The notes beneath the pieces were generated by a model. The model did no database searches. It was not told where the DNA came from and was given only the letters and a program-made list of their open reading frames with translations. Positions 1 through 5,973 of a DNA stretch of 12,570 nucleotides are shown one piece after another. This DNA is from an uncultured Methanosarcinales archaeon (GTDB lineage: Archaea; Nanobdellota; Nanobdellia; Woesearchaeales; CAZYIM01). The stretch lies in assembly GCA_964647565.1 (NCBI GenBank), contig CAZYIM010000054.1, positions 1-12,570 of the forward strand, in the 5' to 3' direction. The translations under genes were made by a program, and so were the position numbers. Positions within the stretch are counted from its first letter, which is position 1. Every line of letters starts with the position of its first letter.

Positions 1-297
1 AATTATAATGACCTAAGGGAGAATACTTATATCCCAAGATTATTGGTTTTGTATATTATGCCTACTGAAGAAGACCAATGGATGACACATAGTGAAGAAA
101 ATTTGATAAGTCGTAAGTGTGCTTACTGGTGTAATCTTAGTGGTTCTCCGGATGTAAGTAATACTACTTCTGTAACAGTTTATATTCCCAAAGAGAATGT
201 TTTAAATATTGGGGCACTAAGAGAATTAATGACAATTGCTTCAAGAAAAGATGACCTACCACACATTCTTAATGCGGGGGGTGAAAATAATGAATAA
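1..297 (+). CDS. DUF4365-like protein (predicted PD-(D/E)XK nuclease fold), C-terminal part; 5' truncated by the window edge
   Basis: Frame 1 is open from base 1: NYNDLRENTYIPRLLVLYIMP..W......L..RKCAYW.NL.G......TTSVTVYIPKEN. This matches my recollection of the DUF4365 C-terminal pattern. The stop TAA (295-297) overlaps the next ATG. Confidence 0.7.
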   Translation, partial: NYNDLRENTYIPRLLVLYIMPTEEDQWMTHSEENLISRKCAYWCNLSGSPDVSNTTSVTVYIPKENVLNIGALRELMTIASRKDDLPHILNAGGENNE

Positions 298-1420
298 TTC
301 CAAATTTATTAACCGTATGGGTGAAATTAAGTTAAACAGTATTAAGAATTACATTAATTCAAGAGGTTGGAATGAAAAAGAAACAAAGAAATCATTAATT
401 GAATTTACCAATGAAAAGGAAGATATAAACTACCAGTTACTAGTTCCAACAGATACATCTTATATTGATTATAAAAACTTAATGTACAATGCATTAGCGT
501 TATTAAGCAAATTTGAGAATAAGAGTGTTTATCAAATCTTCAATGATATTGTTATTCCAACTTCAGATATAATTAGGATAGCAATAGATGGTGAAAAGAC
601 TGTAGATGGAACAATCCCATTTGAAGATGGTTTGGGTGCATTGGAGGCATTCAAAAAAGCGATAATTGCTTCGGCATATAGTGTTGAAAAACCAGAACAG
701 TACCATAAGAGAACATATAGCCCAGAAGTTGAAAAGTTTCTTTCATCATGTAGATTGGGGCAAACCGAAAAAGGTAGTTTTGTGGCAACATTTTTCTGCC
801 CTCTTGATAATGTTCAATTGACATTATTTGGAGATGAAATTGAAAAATTCGGTAGAAAAGCTACAACTAATTTAATGAACTCCTTAAATCATATTCGTAA
901 ATCCATTGATAATCAGGATTTGAATAAAGTAATTAAGCCATTAGAAGGAGATCCGATTGTGAGTGGAAATCTATGTGATGCTATTTTAGATTTAAGACCT
1001 TCTTCAGTTAATTATAAACTTAGATTTGGTGTTACCTGGGCAAATAACAATCCTCCTGCAAATGTTTCCTCAAAAATTATCTTTAAAAGCTCTGATATGA
1101 GCGACATCACATTTCTTTCCAAAAGATTAGAACCAAAGACTGAAGAACATGTAGATACATTTATTGGTAAAGTAAGTCAATTAAGGGGGGAACCAAAAAA
1201 TAGTAAGATGCAAGGAGAAGCAATATTAACATTATTAGATTCTGAGGAGAATTATATCAGAGCTAAAGTAAGTTTAGGGTATCATTATTATCAGAAAGCA
1301 GTGAAATATCACGCATCCAATTCAAATGTTTCAATAAAAGGGAAGCTAGTTAAAGAGTCAAGTAGAATACATCGCATTGTTAATTTTTCTGAGTTTGGAG
1401 AACTTAAAAAATCTGAGTAA
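290..1420 (+). CDS. Hypothetical protein (~376 aa), partner of the DUF4365-like gene; possible OB-fold-like C-terminal domain
   Basis: Long ORF. The ATG at 290 follows an SD-like GGGGGTGA (276-283) and overlaps the upstream stop (ATGAATAA). It has a GQTEKGSF motif and a beta-rich C-terminus (FIGKVSQL...VSIKGKL). Confidence 0.8.
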   Translation: MNNSKFINRMGEIKLNSIKNYINSRGWNEKETKKSLIEFTNEKEDINYQLLVPTDTSYIDYKNLMYNALALLSKFENKSVYQIFNDIVIPTSDIIRIAIDGEKTVDGTIPFEDGLGALEAFKKAIIASAYSVEKPEQYHKRTYSPEVEKFLSSCRLGQTEKGSFVATFFCPLDNVQLTLFGDEIEKFGRKATTNLMNSLNHIRKSIDNQDLNKVIKPLEGDPIVSGNLCDAILDLRPSSVNYKLRFGVTWANNNPPANVSSKIIFKSSDMSDITFLSKRLEPKTEEHVDTFIGKVSQLRGEPKNSKMQGEAILTLLDSEENYIRAKVSLGYHYYQKAVKYHASNSNVSIKGKLVKESSRIHRIVNFSEFGELKKSE

Positions 1421-1566
1421 AGTTTTCTCGCCCCCATATTAATTTCTTTTTCGAAGAAAAAAACTATCTTAAAAGCCCCCTCTTAATAAATTTCTTAACG
1501 CAGTTAAGGCTATATGTGCGTAGCACTTGGACTCCCCCTTCCCTTTCTAAGTAATCCAAAAATTGG

Positions 1567-1655
1567 ATATAACATGGCGGATAGTCGAAGTTGCGAGTAT
1601 ATCGAGCAATTTGGGCGTAGGAGCGTGCTCCGGAGCCGACTATCCGCTGTTATGC
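1567..1655. repeat. attC-like recombination site 1 (branched imperfect inverted repeat)
   Basis: ATAACA(1569-1574)+TG bulge+GCGGATAGTCG(1577-1587) pairs with CGACTATCCGC(1637-1647)+TGTTAT(1648-1653). AAC/GTT core triplets sit at both ends. Internal stems: AAGTTGC/GCAATTT (1588-1612) and GGAGC/GCTCC (1620-1631). Confidence 0.75.
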
Positions 1656-1765
1656 TCCCGAATCCCCTACGTTAGTGGGGGTGAGGCAAGGGTTTACGTA
1701 GTAAATCCGCAGAGTTGCGCCTTTTCTTTTGGCTTTTACCCTATTTCTGGCGCAATTGAGTATAA
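1573..1765 (-). mobile_element. Putative gene-less (empty) 193-bp cassette between the two AA^C crossover points
   Basis: Bounded by two AAC cores (1571-1573, 1764-1766). GAGTATAAC (1758-1766) is complementary to GTTATGCTC (1649-1657), as expected for the reconstituted site of an excised circle. Confidence 0.6.
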
Positions 1766-1809
1766 CATGTATTAAGCGATACGGAGTTTCGTTTAATACC
1801 GTGTTATTT
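1760..1809. repeat. attC/attI-like recombination site 2 (short hairpin next to the recombinase)
   Basis: ATAACAT(1762-1768)+GTATTAAGCGA(1769-1779) pairs with TCGTTTAATAC(1789-1799)+unpaired C1800+GTGTTAT(1801-1807). It shares AATTGnnTATAACATG with site 1. Confidence 0.7.
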
Positions 1810-1851
1810 CTGTTTTTTGGGTGTGAGGTTTTATTAGGGAGGTTTGTTTTA

Positions 1852-1858
1852 GGGTGAT
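1852..1858 (+). promoter_or_regulatory. Shine-Dalgarno-like site of the recombinase gene
   Basis: GGGTGAT immediately upstream of ATG 1861; GGTGAT is the archaeal SD core. Confidence 0.55.
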
Positions 1859-1860
1859 TT

Positions 1861-2625
1861 ATGGAAAATAAGGATGATTTTCTTGCTAACAAGATTCGAG
1901 AATGGCGAATGAAGGGTTACTCGAAGAGGACTATTGAAACTTATTGCTATTTTATTCGGCGGTATAAGCAGTCGGGGATGGGGGCTTCTGATTTTGTTTA
2001 TTCTTTGGTGGCCAAGGGATATTCTACAGCATCTATTCGTCTTGTTTGTGCGGCTCTGCGAAGCTATTTGCCTGACACGCATATCCTTGTTCCTAAGAGG
2101 AAGAAGAGACTTCCGGTTGTTCTTTCCAAAAATGAGATTGAAAAAATGATTGCATCAACGCATAATCTAAAGCATCGTCTAGTTATTATACTGTTGTTCT
2201 CATCTGGTATGAGGGTTTCTGAACTGATCAATCTTTGCCTTGAAGATATTGATCTTGCTCGGAACATGATTCACTTAAAGGGCTGTAAGGGTGGTAAGGA
2301 TAGGTTAGCCTTGCTTTCGAAGAAGGCGAAAGCTGAACTTCGTAGATATGGTGTGTGTGAAGGGCTGGTTTTCTCAAAAGAGGGTAGAAAATACTCGCAT
2401 AGGTCTGTGCAGCAAATAGTATCTGATCTTGCAGTCAGAGCTGGTATTCCTAAGAGAGTAACCCCTCATACTCTTAGGCATTCATTTGCTACTCATCTGC
2501 TGGAGAGCGGTACCGATATTAGACATATTCAGAAGCTTCTTGGTCATTCTAACTTGGATACTACTCAGATTTACACTCATGTGGCCCGAAATGATTTGAG
2601 AAGAATAAAAAGTCCTTTTGATTGA
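1861..2625 (+). CDS. Tyrosine recombinase (Xer/integron-integrase-like) with a short SAM-like N-terminal domain
   Basis: Full catalytic set: R118 (SGMR), K143 (KGGKDR), H203-x-x-R206 (HTLRHSFATHLLE), H229 (LLGH) and Y238 (TQIYTHV). N-terminal GYSKRTIETY, K-LPVVLS and C-terminal SPFD resemble IntI-related recombinases. Confidence 0.95.
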   Translation: MENKDDFLANKIREWRMKGYSKRTIETYCYFIRRYKQSGMGASDFVYSLVAKGYSTASIRLVCAALRSYLPDTHILVPKRKKRLPVVLSKNEIEKMIASTHNLKHRLVIILLFSSGMRVSELINLCLEDIDLARNMIHLKGCKGGKDRLALLSKKAKAELRRYGVCEGLVFSKEGRKYSHRSVQQIVSDLAVRAGIPKRVTPHTLRHSFATHLLESGTDIRHIQKLLGHSNLDTTQIYTHVARNDLRRIKSPFD

Positions 2626-2626
2626 C

Positions 2627-3838
2627 TCACTGCCCCACACTATAGTAATCTTCCAGAATTATCTTGTCGAGTTTTTCGAGGTCTTTGACAACATAGAGCT
2701 TGCCAGCGCCTACTTCTGCTATCTTCTTGGCGAGTTCTTCACCTTTTTCATCCAGTTTGATACCGACCAACGAGATTGTGATCTTAGCGTTTCTTGCCTT
2801 TGAGACTGCTTCCATGGTGGCCCTTTCAGGCTCATCACCTTTGGTGGGAATTGCATCAGTAAGAATCACAAGATGTTTGGTGGCATTGCCCGGAGGGAAC
2901 ATCTCAAGAGCCTTTTCAATGGTCTTTGCAATATCTGTTTCCATCGCAGCCCTAATCTTGGTTAACTCTTCAATAAGGTCATTGAAGTTCTCTGTTGGCG
3001 GTACAGCCGCTTTGATGTCTGAGCCAAATACAATCAAACCTACCTTGTTCTTTTCTGTTATTGCCTTAAAAGCCAGTGCAATTCCTGCCTTTTTACAGGT
3101 CTTAAGCTTGTCGCCTTTCATTGAACCTGAAGAATCAATTGCATAGATGATGTTTATCTTGCCCTTTTTTTGCCTTTCAAAGATCCTTATATCATCTTTT
3201 TCTAATGCTGTATGTCCTCTTCTTATGGCTGTCTTGACGCTCTGTTTGATCGCAATATCCCTATATCTGGTTTTTTTGAAGTTGACATAGTCTTTCTTAT
3301 CCCCATAAAGGGATTTTTTCTTCTCTTTTTTCTCTCCCCAGCCTTTGGGCACAAGATTAGTAAGCTCCTCTGCGTATAATACCAAAGAACTTAACTTGAT
3401 TGCTTTGTCTGTGACAATGAAATCCTTGTCAACAAGGCCTTTTTCTTGTAGAAGATGAATCCTTTCCTCGATCCTTTTCTTGAGCTCTTTTTTGAATTCA
3501 GGTATGTTGATATTCTTTTCTATATAGTCAGAGGGATAGCCTGTCAATTCTCTGACTATGGTCTCACCGTAAAGCTTTTGGGCAAGCTTGTAATCCTTGA
3601 CCATGTTCTTGAACATGAGATCGGGTGTGAAGCTGCCCATACTCTGATTGATGCTTTCAGCAATCAGCTTGCCGTCATCTATTGTCTCCTGGTCGCTTTC
3701 AATAACAGAATGCATCAGTTTGTTCTCGTCACTGTTGTTTCGATCTAACTTGCCAGATAACTCTTCAATCTTTTCGAGTTTTTCCTTGTTAAGCTTCACA
3801 TCCGGGGCAACGTCAGGCAACCTGTCAAAGGTAACCAC
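2627..3838 (-). CDS. von Willebrand factor A domain protein (ChlD/BchD C-terminal-like), partner of the AAA+ ATPase
   Basis: MIDAS DSSGS motif (IYAIDSSGSM), later T and LVILTD. GTG start overlaps the end of the ATPase gene. Confidence 0.9.
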   Translation of the reverse strand: MVTFDRLPDVAPDVKLNKEKLEKIEELSGKLDRNNSDENKLMHSVIESDQETIDDGKLIAESINQSMGSFTPDLMFKNMVKDYKLAQKLYGETIVRELTGYPSDYIEKNINIPEFKKELKKRIEERIHLLQEKGLVDKDFIVTDKAIKLSSLVLYAEELTNLVPKGWGEKKEKKKSLYGDKKDYVNFKKTRYRDIAIKQSVKTAIRRGHTALEKDDIRIFERQKKGKINIIYAIDSSGSMKGDKLKTCKKAGIALAFKAITEKNKVGLIVFGSDIKAAVPPTENFNDLIEELTKIRAAMETDIAKTIEKALEMFPPGNATKHLVILTDAIPTKGDEPERATMEAVSKARNAKITISLVGIKLDEKGEELAKKIAEVGAGKLYVVKDLEKLDKIILEDYYSVGQ

Positions 3839-4814
3839 CCTTTTCTTCTAAGAACTTATCAAAAACATTAATAATATACTCTTCAGGTTTCTCTATGTAC
3901 TTGACACTTGGTTTTAATCTTATCCTGTGACTCAATACAGAAACTAAGACTGCTTGTATATCTTTCAAATCCACCTTTTCCCTGCCATTGACTTTTGCGT
4001 TTGACTGGGCTCTTTCAAAAATGCCTATGCTTGCACGGACACTGGGTTTTTTTTCTATGTTGTTATCTTCCCGCAGATCCCTGACAAAACCTATAATTCC
4101 ATTAAGCAGTTTATCTGGGAAATCTATAATCTTCTTACCCGCAGTAAGCACTATCTCTTTTTCTATCTCAGCACTTTCAGGATAGCCGACATAGATGATA
4201 TCAAACCTGTCTAAGAAGACGTCACTTAGAGGCTCTGTTGAACTATCTTCAGGATTCATAGTACCTATGAATATGAAATCAACATCTAAATCTACTGAAT
4301 AACTTCCTATAGTAACCTTTTTCTCTTCAAGAGCCTGTAATAGCGCGTTCTGTAGTTTTTCTGAGCATCTGTTGATCTCGTCGAAGAACAATACGCCCTG
4401 ATTGGCCTTGAACATTTTGCCTGGAGTGAAGGCTTCTAATGACAATGGTCCGAATTTCATGGCCTTGATTGGATCAATATCGCCTATCAGGTCTTCAGCC
4501 GTCAGGTCTGGGCTTCCTTGTACTCTGACAAACAGTTCCATTCCCTTGACTGTCTTGGTTTTAGTGTGCTTCTTTGCTTTGCACTCAGGGCAGACAGGTT
4601 TCGTTGGCTCACAGTTGTAGGAGCAGTTATTAACTTTTTTTTCTGGTAGTATCTTGGCAACATTCTTGGCAAGCGTGGTCTTGCCTATGCCGGGGGCTCC
4701 AACAAGGATGACATGCCGATCCATAAGAAGGGCTGATTTAAGCTGTTTCTTGACCTCTTCTTGACCCAGAATGTCATCAAAATTGTTTTTAAGTATGTAG
4801 TTTTCGAATTGCAT
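3825..4814 (-). CDS. AAA+ ATPase, Mg-chelatase ChlI / MoxR-like
   Basis: Walker A GAPGIGKT, Walker B LFFDEINR, TMNPED sensor, LDRF arginine finger, and a ChlI-like Cys cluster CSYNCEPTKPVCPEC. Confidence 0.9.
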   Translation of the reverse strand: MQFENYILKNNFDDILGQEEVKKQLKSALLMDRHVILVGAPGIGKTTLAKNVAKILPEKKVNNCSYNCEPTKPVCPECKAKKHTKTKTVKGMELFVRVQGSPDLTAEDLIGDIDPIKAMKFGPLSLEAFTPGKMFKANQGVLFFDEINRCSEKLQNALLQALEEKKVTIGSYSVDLDVDFIFIGTMNPEDSSTEPLSDVFLDRFDIIYVGYPESAEIEKEIVLTAGKKIIDFPDKLLNGIIGFVRDLREDNNIEKKPSVRASIGIFERAQSNAKVNGREKVDLKDIQAVLVSVLSHRIRLKPSVKYIEKPEEYIINVFDKFLEEKGGYL

Positions 4815-4837
4815 AGGGCAAAGTAAAATTGAGCTAG

Positions 4838-4853
4838 TTTTATAAAGTTTTTC
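4838..4853 (-). promoter_or_regulatory. Archaeal BRE/TATA promoter of the ATPase-vWA operon
   Basis: Minus strand reads GAAAAAC-TTTATAAAA, ending ~24 nt before ATG 4814, with no SD. This fits a leaderless transcript. Confidence 0.6.
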
Positions 4854-4985
4854 TATATGGTGTATTACTTAAAATAATGTTATTTTCTTATTTTTTGACT
4901 AATAATCAATTCTTTATTTAATTTAAAAACGCAAAATATAGAAAATACTTTCTTATATCTGAATATTATACTTAAACCTAATAAG

Positions 4986-5450
4986 GTGATAACAACGCGA
5001 AGAACATACAGAAGATCATCAATTGGAAGAGAACTTATTAAAGTAGGTATTTGGCTAAGTGCAGTGATCTTTATCCCTCTTGGATTAAATAAAGCATTCA
5101 ATGACTATCATCACCAAGGTTCACATTATGAGGTTCTATCAAAACCCTCTGGATGGTTAGGCCATAAGGAATACATCAGGTATTATGGTGCAGATGGCGA
5201 GCTGATTGCACAAGAGGCTAAAGAGTATAAAGGTCTTGGTCACAAATATACTTGCTCATCTGTTTACAGAGATAATGATGCAGACGGTGACATTGAAGTA
5301 ATCCAGGAGCATGGTGCAGAATGGAAGTTCAATGCACTTAAGATGTATGTTGAACAGGATCATAAGCTTGAAAACCCAGAAAAGTTTGAAAAGGGAGAAA
5401 AATTGATGAAAGAACTTGAGCAGAACTGGTTGAAAGGGCGAAACAAATAA
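4986..5450 (+). CDS. Hypothetical membrane-anchored or secreted protein with a DxDxDG motif; start uncertain
   Basis: Basic N-terminus, one hydrophobic segment (LIKVGIWLSAVIFIPLGL) and a DNDADGDIE motif. Confidence 0.7.
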   Translation: MITTRRTYRRSSIGRELIKVGIWLSAVIFIPLGLNKAFNDYHHQGSHYEVLSKPSGWLGHKEYIRYYGADGELIAQEAKEYKGLGHKYTCSSVYRDNDADGDIEVIQEHGAEWKFNALKMYVEQDHKLENPEKFEKGEKLMKELEQNWLKGRNK

Positions 5451-5460
5451 TTTTTTTAAT

Positions 5461-5514
5461 TTTTAATTACGCATATACGGAAATGATTTTAATTACGCAT
5501 ATACGGAAATGATT
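5461..5514. repeat. Perfect 26-bp tandem duplication (2 copies + 2 nt)
   Basis: TTTTAATTACGCATATACGGAAATGA at 5461-5486 and 5487-5512. Confidence 0.95.
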
Positions 5515-5560
5515 ATAAATAATGAGATATTTCTTTTTATTAAACAGGGGGTTTATTAAT

Positions 5561-5962
5561 ATGAAACAATCAAATGAAGCGAATTATGTTGTTGTACATG
5601 AGCAACTTACAGGTGTCTCTAAAGGCGCATTTACTAGTTCGGTCTTTCCATCAAAACAAGAAAGTGATGATTGGATTGCAAAGCGTTCAGTAGATTACAG
5701 GATAGAAGCAGAAGGAGTTTCTAGTGAAGAAGCAGAAAGAATCTGCCATCAAAAGACTCCTTTTTCAGTTCATATTAATGAGGCTGTCCATAAAGGTAAG
5801 ACTATACTTGATAATGGCGGTAGTATTGATACAGCCTTACAAATGGCAGATTCAAGATTAAGGACTGCCCAACTGGTTAAAGGTGTTGATAATCTTGTAT
5901 ATGGACGAGCCAAGCTGGATCTTATGAATAGACTATTTGATTATCAAGATTCCATTCGTTGA
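5561..5962 (+). CDS. Hypothetical protein (~133 aa)
   Basis: ATG 5561 follows GGGGG (5547-5551), with a TATA-like TTATAAAT at 5513-5520. No recognisable motif. Confidence 0.7.
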   Translation: MKQSNEANYVVVHEQLTGVSKGAFTSSVFPSKQESDDWIAKRSVDYRIEAEGVSSEEAERICHQKTPFSVHINEAVHKGKTILDNGGSIDTALQMADSRLRTAQLVKGVDNLVYGRAKLDLMNRLFDYQDSIR

Positions 5963-5973
5963 GCTTGGTTAAC

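Noticed and set aside
236..289. TTG start at 236 for the 394-aa ORF
   Set aside because: ATG 290 has an SD and stop/start coupling; the extension overlaps the upstream gene.
1494..1508. CTTAAC-GCA-GTTAAG as a third att site
   Set aside because: It has AAC/GTT but only a 3-nt loop and lacks the AATTG..TATAACATG motif, so it is too small for two binding sites. Kept only as a GNA hairpin.
1570..1660. tRNA or tRNA fragment as an integration target
   Set aside because: Branched and GC-rich, but it has no TTCG/T-arm, D-loop or anticodon-arm geometry. The AAC/GTT ends fit an att site better.
1563..1892. ORFs 1563-1775 (+) and 1650-1892 (-)
   Set aside because: They run through the hairpin sites, have weak starts and show no protein-like motifs; probably spurious.
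1861..2625. Naming the gene intI or xerA
   Set aside because: It lacks the IntI insertion, and no dif-like site or phylogeny supports xerA, so the symbol is left blank.
1..2625. Provirus, IS or diversity-generating retroelement
   Set aside because: No structural, transposase or reverse transcriptase genes and no terminal repeats in the window.
1849..4620. Short alternative-frame and antisense ORFs over the recombinase, vWA and ATPase genes
   Set aside because: Shadows of well-supported genes.
5461..5514. CRISPR array
   Set aside because: Only two directly abutting copies, with no spacer and no cas genes.
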